Origin: a virus
Taxonomy: Duplodnaviria > Heunggongvirae > Uroviricota > Caudoviricetes
Length of the DNA: 64,000 nt
Reading direction: 5' to 3' (one strand)
IMG/VR virus record: IMGVR_UViG_3300044295_000252
Location: 2,682-66,681 of that record
Shown here: positions 19,501 through 28,258 of the stretch, in pieces
Position numbering within the stretch: position 1 is the stretch's first letter
Layout of the letters: each line of letters opens with the position of its first letter
Program-made: the position numbers and the translations under genes
Notes under the pieces: generated by a model
Told to the model about the DNA's origin: nothing
Databases searched by the model: none
Seen by the model: only the letters and a program-made list of their open reading frames with translations

Positions 19501-21870
19501 AGCAGTAGCGCAGCTATAAGATCAGATAACAAATTATTTACTTGGGGAGGTAATAGTTTTGGTCAGTTAGGACAAAATGATACTACTGCTAGATCTGCTC
19601 CTACACAAGTTGGTAATAGTAGTTGGATTCAAATTTCTACAGGCGGTGGCATCAACACTTTAAGCGATCCTGCATTTACTGGGGCATTGCGCAGCGATAA
19701 TGGGTTGTTTATGTGGGGCGGCAACACTTATGGCGTATTAGGCCTTAATGACGTCGTGGCAAGATCTAGCCCAGTGCAGGTAGGTTCCAGTAGTTGGACT
19801 GCAATTAGTGCGGGCGAACAATTTGCGGCTGGAATTAAAACAGATGGCAGCCTGTGGAGTTGGGGTTATGGCAATATTACTAACAACACTTATTCAAGTC
19901 CTGTACAGGTTGGCACAAGTAGCTGGAGCCAAATATCTGCAGGTTATGATCATGCGTTGGGTATAGATATAAATGGCCGATTATATAGCGGCGGATTCAA
20001 CCAAAATGGACAATTAGGATCTAATAACACCACACAACGCAACAACATGAGTAGTACAGTAAACAATACCGTAAGCTGGGCACAAGTTTCAGCTGGTCCG
20101 TTGATAAGTTTTGCAAAAACAACCACAGGTCAACTTTGGGCTTGGGGTACTAATGCTAATGGACAATTAGGACTTAACGATTTAAACAACAGATCTAGTC
20201 CGGTACAAGTTGGAACGAGTAGCTGGGCACAGTTAGCCAGCTCTGCTGGAACAATGGGCAATTTTTTTGCAGGGATATTAAACAATAATGCTCTCTATAT
20301 TTGGGGCGTCAATACAGTGGGAGAATTGGGCGACAATACAACTACAAGTAGATCAAGTCCGGCTCAAGTTGGTACTCAAGCTGGAACACAGACAATACAA
20401 CTAAACAGACCAACGGTAATCACTGGTAGCAGTTGGACACAAGTAGCAGCTGGTCCCAGTCACACAATGGCTATTAAAAACGATAATACATTATGGGGCT
20501 GGGGCAGCTATGCATCATCTGATACAACTAACAGTTATTTTTGGTGGACCAGTGTAAAAACAAACAACTCAAACGCTTTAGCTATTCGTAGCGATGGTGC
20601 ACTATTTGCCTTAGGCGGCGCTGGAAGTTTGGGGCAAACTGGTCTTAATACAGGAAACCCAAATTCAAGTCCTGTTCAAATAGGAACGAGTAGTTGGACA
20701 CAAATATCGGTAGGAGTTGGTCATGCTCTAGCAATAAGAAAGGACGGAGCACTATTTGCCTGGGGAGATAATAGTAACGGCCAACTGGGAGACAATACAG
20801 CGGGCAGTCTTGCAAGGAAATCTAGTCCTATACAAATAGGCACTAGCAGTTGGAGCCAAGTTGCAGCTGGTTCAAGTTATAGCTTTGCTATAAGGTCTGA
20901 TGGGGCTCTATTTTCGTGGGGCAACAACGCGCATGGAGCACTTGGGGATTCTACTACCGCAGTAGCTGGTAATAGATCTAGTCCTGTTCAAATAGGTACT
21001 AGTAGCTGGAGTTTGATTGCAACCAATACCACTGCATTTAATGCAGCCGCAATTAGAACTGACGGCGGCCTTTTTACCTGGGGATGGAATTTTGCTGGTC
21101 AATTGGCTCTAAATGATAGGACCGACCGATCCAGCCCAGTACAAATAGGTACCAGTAGTTGGAGCCAAATTTCTGTAGGTATCAGCTCTATGTCAGGAAT
21201 AAAACTTGACCAAACATTATGGTCCTGGGGAGGCAACGCTAACGGTGAATTAGGACTTAACGATATTATAAACAGATCTAGTCCTGTACAAATAGGAACC
21301 AGTAGTTGGAGTCAAATATCAGCTAATAATGTGTTTATGGCGGCTATAAGAACAGATGGTGCTTTATACACGTGGGGATCTAATGCCAACGGGCAATTGG
21401 GAGATACTGTCACCGCAGTTGCTGGTTTTAGATCTAGTCCTGTTCAAATAGGAACTAGTAGTTTTACTCAAATAAGCAACGGTGCAGGTGCTGTTAATTT
21501 ATTTGCTATAAGAATTAATGGAGCCTTGTTTGGCACGGGCCAAAATAGCTTTGGTGAGCTAGGATTAAATGATTTAAATGCAAGATCAAGTCCTGTGCAA
21601 GTTGGTTCATATCCTACTGCTCCATTTACTAGCACGGTGACACAAATGGGCGCGTTGAGCTATAAACAAGTGGCAGCTGGTCTTAATAATACCTACGCCA
21701 TAAGCAATACAAACAAATTGTATTCCTGGGGCTCTAATACTTCGGGTATGATAGGCAACAGTCCAATACCTTTTGTTGGGTTAACGGTAAGTCCAGTTCA
21801 AATTGGTACTAGCAACTGGATTACAGTAAGCGCAGGTCAAAGCCACGTGGGTGCGGTACGTTATCCATAA
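16519..21870 (+). CDS. RCC1/BLIP-II repeat protein with 35 repeats (five 7-bladed propellers)
   Basis: 35 LxxWG...GQLG...SSPVQIGTSSW...AIRxDG units counted by hand. Confidence 0.85.
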   Translation: MSVHKALLAIQSTSNIGPLFQWGLNTSGQLGDSTTTLRSSPVQVGTSYWSQVATGDSGTVAVRADGGLYAWGLLPFGVSSSSPVVLASGKWSKVAMGNNHALAIKSDGSLWSVGLGSSGQLGDTNTSFNQSWTQVAHGTSHALAIRNDGALFVWGSDTDGALGVNSTTASYSSPVQLGTASWIYVSAENNFGRSMAIRSDGALFGWGYNLNGELGDNTIISRSSPVQIGTSSWTAVSSGRPISAALRIDGAMFTWGSGPIGDNTIISRSSPVQIGTSSWSMVSAGFSTFAAIRIDGALFTWGYNRYGQMGNNVGGTLIDTSSPVQIGTSSWTKVSSGSTYTAAIRNDGALFTWGNNANGCLGEFTTTAVAGNRSSPVQIGTSSWTQVRAGVNIQSTFAIRNDGGLFGWGINTVGLLGLNDTISRSSPVQIGTSSWTQICSLAYRTMQGILTNGVMYGWGAASVGDGTASGFSSPVQVAALPGRVSLTQIGSSSWSQISAGGNVSAGITTANTLFVWGDNSVNQLGDYTTANKTYPIPVAPLSWSSVAKGASHSAAVRSDGALFTWGTATTGCLGDNANVSRSSPVQIGNSSWSTVSCGICHTMAIRSDSTAWGWGAGTNGCIGDGTTTNRSSPVQIGTGLWNKLIAFAASTSSMGIRSDGTLYTWGLNTSAQLGLNDIVNRSSPSQVGTSSWTQIAGWTLSSAAIRTDGGLFTWGVGSAGQLGLNDALPRSSPTQVGTSSWTQVSMASNTMQAIRTDGGLFTTGAGTGGLGGTNNTTQYSSPVQIGTSSWTLVKITGNNSYAIRSDGTLWAWGVSTILGNNTASNASSPVQIGSASWTQLSANSGGVIGVYNNVVYLWGSTNESGNGLTDTVVTPYPSITINTGLNNSFPSSWTNVAVGPSHIVAIDKTSYNVYGFGYNNSSQLAQTTDSTQSWSQIALGGATAGEFALALRSDGILFAWGYNAQGQLGDNTITTRSSPVQVGGFSWTKISAGVSSSAAIRSDNKLFTWGGNSFGQLGQNDTTARSAPTQVGNSSWIQISTGGGINTLSDPAFTGALRSDNGLFMWGGNTYGVLGLNDVVARSSPVQVGSSSWTAISAGEQFAAGIKTDGSLWSWGYGNITNNTYSSPVQVGTSSWSQISAGYDHALGIDINGRLYSGGFNQNGQLGSNNTTQRNNMSSTVNNTVSWAQVSAGPLISFAKTTTGQLWAWGTNANGQLGLNDLNNRSSPVQVGTSSWAQLASSAGTMGNFFAGILNNNALYIWGVNTVGELGDNTTTSRSSPAQVGTQAGTQTIQLNRPTVITGSSWTQVAAGPSHTMAIKNDNTLWGWGSYASSDTTNSYFWWTSVKTNNSNALAIRSDGALFALGGAGSLGQTGLNTGNPNSSPVQIGTSSWTQISVGVGHALAIRKDGALFAWGDNSNGQLGDNTAGSLARKSSPIQIGTSSWSQVAAGSSYSFAIRSDGALFSWGNNAHGALGDSTTAVAGNRSSPVQIGTSSWSLIATNTTAFNAAAIRTDGGLFTWGWNFAGQLALNDRTDRSSPVQIGTSSWSQISVGISSMSGIKLDQTLWSWGGNANGELGLNDIINRSSPVQIGTSSWSQISANNVFMAAIRTDGALYTWGSNANGQLGDTVTAVAGFRSSPVQIGTSSFTQISNGAGAVNLFAIRINGALFGTGQNSFGELGLNDLNARSSPVQVGSYPTAPFTSTVTQMGALSYKQVAAGLNNTYAISNTNKLYSWGSNTSGMIGNSPIPFVGLTVSPVQIGTSNWITVSAGQSHVGAVRYP

Positions 21871-21874
21871 CTGT

Positions 21875-21903
21875 TTGACAAAACAAGTTTTTTCAATTAC
21901 ATT
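21875..21903 (+). promoter_or_regulatory. Sigma70-like promoter TTGACA-N17-TACATT
   Basis: Intergenic, upstream of SD AAGGAG and ATG 21925. Confidence 0.5.
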
Positions 21904-21924
21904 TATATTATTCAAGGAGACAAG

Positions 21925-23652
21925 ATGCACGAAATAGATCAAATGTTGCAGTTGCAACTAGAAGGCCGTCATGCTGAAGCACGAGCACTGTCAGATAAAT
22001 TAGAAGCTATAGGTCCACAAAAAATACAGGATCCCAAAGGGCAAACAACCCAAGACATTTGGATGCGTCACTGTTTTAATCGCGGTTGGTTCTTAATACA
22101 GGACGGTGACTATCAAAAAGGCAGTCAACTACTAGAAAACGGACGTTTTCTTAATGTTTACGGCAATCAACCCTTGATGACTAACGCGCCAATTTATAAT
22201 CCACAACAACACGACATCAAGGGCAAAGGCATCATTATAAGTTTAGAGGGTGGTTATGGAGATGAGATTATACATGCCAGATTTGCTCAAAGCTTTAAAA
22301 AGCAAGGTGCTACAAGAGTTTATCTAGCCGCAGCACCAGAAATGGTCAGTTTGTTCAGCAGAATTGATGGCGTAGATGGTGTCATATTACGTAACCAAGC
22401 CAATACAGTGGCGCATGATTTCTGGGTACCAGGGTTCAGCGCAGGTTGGGTAGCTGGTCATACCTTTGAAGATTTCCCCAGCGATCCATATTTGACTGCT
22501 AGACCAGAATCCGTTGAAGTTTGGAAAAACATCATTAATAGTGACAAAATAAAAGTAGGTATACGCTGGGCCGGTAATCCTAAATTTGAACATCAACAGT
22601 TTAGGCGTTTCCCTACAGATTTTATCACCAACTTAACCAAATATCCAGAATTACAACTATACAGCCTACAACGCGATCACAATACTATACAGTTGCCAGA
22701 AGGTGTGCAGGATTTACAACACTTAATGTTAAGCTGGGAAGATACTGCCGCAGCAATTATGAATTTGGATCTTGTAATTACCAGTTGTACCAGTGTCGCG
22801 CATTTAAGTGCAGCATTGGGCAAACAGACTTGGGTCATTGTGCCTTGCTTGCCCTATCATACCTGGACTTGGAAAGCACCTACATCCGATACCAGTCCCT
22901 ATTACAAATGCGTTAAACTATTTAGACAACGCAAGTATGGCAGTTGGAACGATCCCTGGCAGCGCCTTTATACGGAGTTGGAATCTAAGTTCAATTTAGC
23001 ACACGTAGACATGCCCAATGCAGATCGTGAAAGCAAAAAACTTAATTTAGGTTGTGGATTTAAAAAGTTTAAGGGATATCTAAATGTTGATAAAAGCTCG
23101 ATTGTAAAGCCAGATCAAACTGTAGATCTTAATGTTACACCCTGGCCCTGGCGCGACAATGAATTTACACATATCGTAGCCAAGGACATACTGGAACATT
23201 TAGGTGAAACACAAACTGATTTTGTTAACGTGATCAAGGAAATGTATAGGATCAGTGAGAATGGTGCGATATGGGAAATTCAAGTGCCGCATTGGCGTTG
23301 TGATACAGCATTGGATGATCCTGGTCATGTAAGGTTTATTACACTAGGTATGATGCATCTGTTTAATCAACAGCGTGTAATGAACAGGATCAAACAGCGC
23401 GAAAGCGATAGTATTTTGGCATTTGAACATAATATCGACATAGAAGTTTGCGATACACAATTTGTTTATACCGAACCCTGGCAGCATAAAATACGTAACA
23501 ATGAGGTAACCTCAGATGAACTTAATTACGCATTAAATCATTTTAACAATGTGGCCCTGAGTATGATTATGTTGATACAGGTACACAAGCCCGGCAGATA
23601 TGACGCAGCAGAATTGACACAGGAACTGAACAAGGTAAACAGTGAACTATAA
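21925..23652 (+). CDS. TPR/GT9-like glycosyltransferase fused to a class I SAM methyltransferase
   Basis: EGGYGDEI, KVGIRWAGNP and DLVITSCTSVAHLSAALGK (GT-B, GT9-like); C-terminal LNLGCG...GYLNVD...DILEHL methyltransferase motifs. Confidence 0.75.
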   Translation: MHEIDQMLQLQLEGRHAEARALSDKLEAIGPQKIQDPKGQTTQDIWMRHCFNRGWFLIQDGDYQKGSQLLENGRFLNVYGNQPLMTNAPIYNPQQHDIKGKGIIISLEGGYGDEIIHARFAQSFKKQGATRVYLAAAPEMVSLFSRIDGVDGVILRNQANTVAHDFWVPGFSAGWVAGHTFEDFPSDPYLTARPESVEVWKNIINSDKIKVGIRWAGNPKFEHQQFRRFPTDFITNLTKYPELQLYSLQRDHNTIQLPEGVQDLQHLMLSWEDTAAAIMNLDLVITSCTSVAHLSAALGKQTWVIVPCLPYHTWTWKAPTSDTSPYYKCVKLFRQRKYGSWNDPWQRLYTELESKFNLAHVDMPNADRESKKLNLGCGFKKFKGYLNVDKSSIVKPDQTVDLNVTPWPWRDNEFTHIVAKDILEHLGETQTDFVNVIKEMYRISENGAIWEIQVPHWRCDTALDDPGHVRFITLGMMHLFNQQRVMNRIKQRESDSILAFEHNIDIEVCDTQFVYTEPWQHKIRNNEVTSDELNYALNHFNNVALSMIMLIQVHKPGRYDAAELTQELNKVNSEL

Positions 23653-24244
23653 ATTTACCGTAGAGTTTGATCCGGAAAATGTGCAGGCAAATATGATGCA
23701 CATTTTCAAACAATTTGGTGTGCCTAATACCGTGATAGAAATCGGCGTATATGAAGGTCGCACTACATGTTGGATGGCAGAAGTACTAACTCCACACAAC
23801 AGCGATCTTAAAATACATGCCATAGATCCACATGATCAAAGCATTGATATTCACGAGAGTATGGAGGCTGCGCATGATACATTCTTACAAAATATACAGC
23901 ATAGCCCCTGCAAAAACATAAACTATATTAGAAAGCGTTCGGAAGATGCATTAGTGGACTTAATTACACAGTCTGTATCTGCGGAATTTATATATGTAGA
24001 TGGAGATCATTTTGCCAGTAGTGTATTAACTGACCTCGTGTTAGGATACAAACTTTTAAAAGCGGGTGGCGTCATGTTGTGCGATGATGCTACAGAATGG
24101 CGCTTTACTGACAAAAACAAAGAAACTAATCCACAATACGCACCACGCATGGCTATAGAAAACTTCATTCAATGCTATTGGCACAAAGTTAAACCTATCT
24201 ACTTGCCCTGTATGACACAAACCGCATTTATAAAATTATGTTAA
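23642..24244 (+). CDS. SAM-dependent methyltransferase (Methyltransf_24-like)
   Basis: VIEIGVYEGRTT and FIYVDGDH...LLKAGGVMLCDD motifs; GTG start overlaps the previous gene. Confidence 0.75.
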   Translation: MNYKFTVEFDPENVQANMMHIFKQFGVPNTVIEIGVYEGRTTCWMAEVLTPHNSDLKIHAIDPHDQSIDIHESMEAAHDTFLQNIQHSPCKNINYIRKRSEDALVDLITQSVSAEFIYVDGDHFASSVLTDLVLGYKLLKAGGVMLCDDATEWRFTDKNKETNPQYAPRMAIENFIQCYWHKVKPIYLPCMTQTAFIKLC

Positions 24245-24942
24245 ACTTATTTCGTAGAGACAGTATAGATGTAGAAAGCGCCTACATTATTACCCTATTA
24301 GGCAATGACAGCAGTGAGCGATTTTCGCAGCGATGTCAGCAAAGTTGTAGCTCAGTTGACATGCCCTATAAGATTTGGGCTGCATACAACGGCATAGAAA
24401 ATCCTATTAAAGAACCAGATCATAGCAAAAATGCCAGTATCATGAGCATGATCAAAATAACAGATCATTACTTAACTCGTGGCGAGGTAGCATGTGCATT
24501 AAGTCACATAAGTCTATGGGCGCATTGTGCAGCTATAGACCAGCCCATAGTAATATTGGAACATGATGCGGTCATGGTACAGGCATTTAGACAACACCAA
24601 AGTTACAACAGCATAGTATATTTGGGTGGTAGTGAATGGGCCGAACAGGGTTGGAAGGTCTATCCCATACCACCGCATGCAAGTGAAGGACCCAATTATC
24701 ATTTTATTTGCAGAGCACACGCTTATAGCATTGATCCTGCAATGGCTAAAAATTTGCTGAGTTACGTATTAAAAATGGGCATCAGTGCACCACTGGACAT
24801 AATGTTACGTGCGGATCTGTTTCATATCACGCATCAGGGTTTATATGCTTATGATATCAGCACGGACAAGTCCACAACTACAATTAAAGCACGACCCAGC
24901 GAGGGCAGAACCACACGCAGGAACGACGCGCTGCGCGAATGA
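24238..24942 (+). CDS. Glycosyltransferase family 25-like
   Basis: AYIITL...GEVACALSHISLW...IVILEHDA motifs. Confidence 0.75.
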   Translation: MLNLFRRDSIDVESAYIITLLGNDSSERFSQRCQQSCSSVDMPYKIWAAYNGIENPIKEPDHSKNASIMSMIKITDHYLTRGEVACALSHISLWAHCAAIDQPIVILEHDAVMVQAFRQHQSYNSIVYLGGSEWAEQGWKVYPIPPHASEGPNYHFICRAHAYSIDPAMAKNLLSYVLKMGISAPLDIMLRADLFHITHQGLYAYDISTDKSTTTIKARPSEGRTTRRNDALRE

Positions 24943-24947
24943 TCTTA

Positions 24948-24955
24948 GCTAAATA
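24948..24955 (+). promoter_or_regulatory. Late-type promoter GCTAAATA inside a 9-bp RBS hairpin
   Basis: TCTTAGCTA (24943-51) pairs with TAGCTAGGA (24961-69). Confidence 0.55.
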
Positions 24956-24981
24956 CACAATAGCTAGGAAATTAGTAAATT

Positions 24982-25479
24982 ATGGCCAATACAAACTTCG
25001 CAGTGAAAAACGGATTAACCGTAGGTAATGTTACTATCAGTGCATCTACTGGTAATGTTACAACCACTGGTAACTTTGTAGGAACTGCGACCTCTGCACA
25101 ATACGCTGACTTGGCGGAAAAGTACACCAGTGATGCTGATTATTCTGCTGGCACCGTTGTGGTATTTGGTGGTACAGAGGAAATTACAGTAAGTTCTGTT
25201 AGCCATGATACCAAAGTAGCAGGCATTATTTCTACTAATCCCGCCTACTTAATGAATGTGCCCTGCAATGGATTGCCAGTAGCTCTAACAGGTCGTGTAC
25301 CATGTCAAGTACAGGGCCCAGTAGATAAAGGCGACATGGTGGTTAACAGCAATACAGCTGGTGTAGCTTGCAAACTGGATACAGATCAATATAAGCCAGG
25401 ATGCGTAATTGGTAAAGCATTAGCATCAATCGCCGACAACTCGGTACAAACGATAGAAGTAGTAGTAGGAAGGCTGTAA
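24982..25479 (+). CDS. Mini fibre protein consisting mainly of the 'YADLAE' fibre C-terminal domain
   Basis: ATSAQYADLAEKY..D..Y..GTVVVFGG...STNPAYLMN...VALTGRVPC..G...KGD...IGKAL, a domain usually found at the end of long fibres. Confidence 0.65.
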   Translation: MANTNFAVKNGLTVGNVTISASTGNVTTTGNFVGTATSAQYADLAEKYTSDADYSAGTVVVFGGTEEITVSSVSHDTKVAGIISTNPAYLMNVPCNGLPVALTGRVPCQVQGPVDKGDMVVNSNTAGVACKLDTDQYKPGCVIGKALASIADNSVQTIEVVVGRL

Positions 25480-25485
25480 AATTAT

Positions 25486-25514
25486 TTGATTTTGCAGCAC
25501 TGCTCTGCTAAACT
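25486..25514 (+). promoter_or_regulatory. Sigma70-like promoter TTGATT-N17-TAAACT with extended -10
   Basis: Predicted +1 falls at or near the primase ATG (25521); no SD is present. Confidence 0.5.
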
Positions 25515-25520
25515 TACTGC

Positions 25521-26558
25521 ATGCAGAACCTTGTTCAACAAACTATTTTGATGCATTTGCCTGGCAAACGTAAACATACGGCCAGTGGTTGGACATCATT
25601 TAACGCGGTATGCTGTACTCATAACGGTGAAACAGTAGATAAACATGGTCGTGGTGGCATAATGGCAACCAGCGAAGGCGGCGTAAACTATCACTGTTTT
25701 AACTGCCAATTTAAAGCTAGTTGGCGTCCTGGCATACCATTATCTCGCAAATTTAAAAATTTATTGTCTTGGCTAGGTATCAGCAATCAGGATATAGACA
25801 AACTGCGACTAGAAACACTTAAGCTAAACCAGGATAACAAAACCAGTCATACTAAAATCACAGCTATTCCGCAGTTTGCAACAGTAGAATGGCCGCCTGA
25901 AACTAGAACACTGGAAGAACTGTCCATGTGGTATCGCATGTTACCGGAAGAATTGCTTACTAAGCAAGTCGTGGATGTGGTGGATTATATTGTCAAACGT
26001 AAGATTAATATTAAGAAATATACTTTTGCCTTAAGTGAAAGTACTGAAGTAAATTTAAACAGACGAGTAATCATACCCTTCCTGTATCAAGATCGCATGG
26101 TAGGCTGGACTGCACGTATTATAGATGACAAACATAAGCTAAAATATTACAGCAGTCAGCCGCCCGGGTATGTGTTTAATTTGGATAAGCAGAAACAGGA
26201 TAACAAGTTTGTTGTGGTTTGCGAAGGACCATTTGATGCCATGAGTATTGATGGTGTGGCTACATTAAGCAACACTATAAGTGAACAACAGGCTAGGCAA
26301 ATTAAGATGCTACAGCGCCAAGTTATTGTAGTGCCAGACCACGATAGTAGTGGACTCATGCAAATAGAAGCAGCACTGGCCAATAATTGGAGTGTAAGCT
26401 TTCCAGACTGGTGGGAAACCTGTAAAGATGTGAATGATTCTGTTGTTAGATACGGCAGATTGTTTACTATCAAAAACATTTTAGATAGAACGGTTACTAG
26501 TCCAGTCAAAATAGAACTAATGAAGAAAAAACACTTTAAAAATGCCAAGGATAATTAA
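25521..26558 (+). CDS. DNA primase (T4 gp61-like)
   Basis: N-terminal zinc finger (CC.H...HCFNC) and TOPRIM motif VCEGPFDAMSIDG; DVND near the C-terminus. Confidence 0.85.
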   Translation: MQNLVQQTILMHLPGKRKHTASGWTSFNAVCCTHNGETVDKHGRGGIMATSEGGVNYHCFNCQFKASWRPGIPLSRKFKNLLSWLGISNQDIDKLRLETLKLNQDNKTSHTKITAIPQFATVEWPPETRTLEELSMWYRMLPEELLTKQVVDVVDYIVKRKINIKKYTFALSESTEVNLNRRVIIPFLYQDRMVGWTARIIDDKHKLKYYSSQPPGYVFNLDKQKQDNKFVVVCEGPFDAMSIDGVATLSNTISEQQARQIKMLQRQVIVVPDHDSSGLMQIEAALANNWSVSFPDWWETCKDVNDSVVRYGRLFTIKNILDRTVTSPVKIELMKKKHFKNAKDN

Positions 26559-26561
26559 TGT

Positions 26562-27956
26562 ATGACCAGTGATTTTAATGTGGATGTTCAAAAACTATTT
26601 TTGGAAATCATGCTCACAGACGCAGAATCCTATGTTCGTGTTCAAAACATCTACAACTCAGAGAATTTTGATAAAACGCTAAAAGCCGCAGCCAAGTTCA
26701 TAAAAGAATACAGTGATGAACATAAAGCCATGCCGGATCTGCGACAGATACATGCAGTAAGCAGAGTGCAATTGGAAATGGTGCCGGACCTAAATGATAG
26801 CCATACGGACTGGTTCTTAAAAGAGTTTGAATCTTTTACCCGTAGACGTGAACTTGAACGCGCAATTTTACAAAGTGCAGATCTCTTGGAAAAGGGCGAC
26901 TATGATCCGGTAGAAAAGCTGATCAAAGATGCGGTGCATATTAGCTTAACCAAGGACATGGGCACAGACTACTTTGCAGATCCGCGCTCACGTTTGATGG
27001 CACTTAAAGATAACAACGGGCAAGTAAGCACAGGCTGGGTGGCATTGGATCGCAAATTGTTTGGTGGCATGAATCGCGGCGAACTAAACATTTTTGCTGG
27101 CGGATCTGGTTCAGGCAAGAGCCTTTTCATGCAAAACTTAGCCATAAACTGGGTTACACAGGGTCTAAGCGGCGCATATATTACACTGGAGTTGAGTGAG
27201 GGCCTAAGCGCAATGCGACTGGACAGTATGCTAACCAATATGCCCAGCAAGGAAATCTTCCGCAATATTGATGATGTAGAAATGAAGGTTCGTATTATGG
27301 GCAAGAAGTCTGGAGTGCTGCGAATCAAATATATGCCAGCCCAAAGTAACGTAAACCATATTCGTGCATACTTAAAAGAACTACAGATCCAAACAGGGGT
27401 AAAAGTTGACTTTGTGCTGGTGGATTATTTGGATTTGATTATGCCAGTTAGTGCCAAAGTTAGCCCCAACGACTTGTTTGTCAAAGACAAATATGTCAGT
27501 GAAGAATTACGCAATTTGGCCAAAGAATTAAACGTATTGTTTGTTACAGCTTCACAGTTGAATAGAAGCGCAGTGGAAGAGATCGAATTTGATCACAGTC
27601 ACATTGCCGGTGGACTTAGTAAGATCAATACAGCTGATAACGTATTTGGTATCTTTACCAGCAGAGCAATGCGTGAGCGCGGCCGTTATCAATTACAGCT
27701 AATGAAAACTCGTAGCAGTAGCGGTGTTGGGCAAAAGATTGACTTGGAGTTCGATCTAAATAGCCTTAGAATACGAGATGTTGAGGGCGGCGAGGAATCA
27801 GCACAGTCGGAAGCGCCCAGTAGTGCGATTATGAGTCAAATTAAAGCGCGATCACAGGTGTCTGCTAGCAATTCTGATGCTGAGCCAGAAGCCACTGCTA
27901 GCATACAGACCAACAAGATCAAAGACATGTTAAAGAATCTACGTACAGTAAAATGA
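26562..27956 (+). CDS. Replicative DnaB-like helicase (T4 gp41-like)
   Basis: Walker A GGSGSGKS, VDYLD, TASQLNR and LMKTR motifs; no intein seen. Confidence 0.9.
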   Translation: MTSDFNVDVQKLFLEIMLTDAESYVRVQNIYNSENFDKTLKAAAKFIKEYSDEHKAMPDLRQIHAVSRVQLEMVPDLNDSHTDWFLKEFESFTRRRELERAILQSADLLEKGDYDPVEKLIKDAVHISLTKDMGTDYFADPRSRLMALKDNNGQVSTGWVALDRKLFGGMNRGELNIFAGGSGSGKSLFMQNLAINWVTQGLSGAYITLELSEGLSAMRLDSMLTNMPSKEIFRNIDDVEMKVRIMGKKSGVLRIKYMPAQSNVNHIRAYLKELQIQTGVKVDFVLVDYLDLIMPVSAKVSPNDLFVKDKYVSEELRNLAKELNVLFVTASQLNRSAVEEIEFDHSHIAGGLSKINTADNVFGIFTSRAMRERGRYQLQLMKTRSSSGVGQKIDLEFDLNSLRIRDVEGGEESAQSEAPSSAIMSQIKARSQVSASNSDAEPEATASIQTNKIKDMLKNLRTVK

Positions 27957-27977
27957 TTCTCCAACAGTGCATTTTTG

Positions 27978-27985
27978 GCTAAATA
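27978..27985 (+). promoter_or_regulatory. Late-type promoter GCTAAATA in the loop of an SD-occluding hairpin
   Basis: TTCTCC(AAC)AGTGCA (27957-71) pairs with TGTACTGGAGAA (27987-98). Confidence 0.5.
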
Positions 27986-28003
27986 CTGTACTGGAGAACG
28001 ATT

Positions 28004-28258
28004 TTGCAAAAACGTACCAAAAGTATTTTGGCCGAGTTAGACTCACATTTTGCGTCACGTGACACACATAATTTTGTGGAATCGCGGGCCAACAATATTA
28101 TTCAGGGTGCCATAAATCTCATACAATATATACATGAGAATTTTGATCAACCAGCTGCGGAAGATTTAGAACGGCGCATTCTAAACAGTATACGTGCTAG
28201 AGATCCGCGTAAGTTCAGCAAAGCAGTACAGCGATTAAAAGAATCAAAAAATCAATGA
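28004..28258 (+). CDS. Hypothetical late protein (84 aa)
   Basis: TTG start with SD GGAG; ATGA overlap with the next gene. Confidence 0.6.
   Translation: MQKRTKSILAELDSHFASRDTHNFVESRANNIIQGAINLIQYIHENFDQPAAEDLERRILNSIRARDPRKFSKAVQRLKESKNQ

Noticed and set aside
6721-21870. Possible CRISPR array or DGR template in the repetitive DNA
   Set aside because: Repeats are in-frame coding units with synonymous variation and no unique spacers; no cas or reverse transcriptase gene and no adenine-specific template/variable pair was seen.
26562-27956. Intein in the gp41-like helicase, a common insertion target
   Set aside because: The sequence is continuous through all helicase motifs, with no Cys1 or His-Asn blocks.
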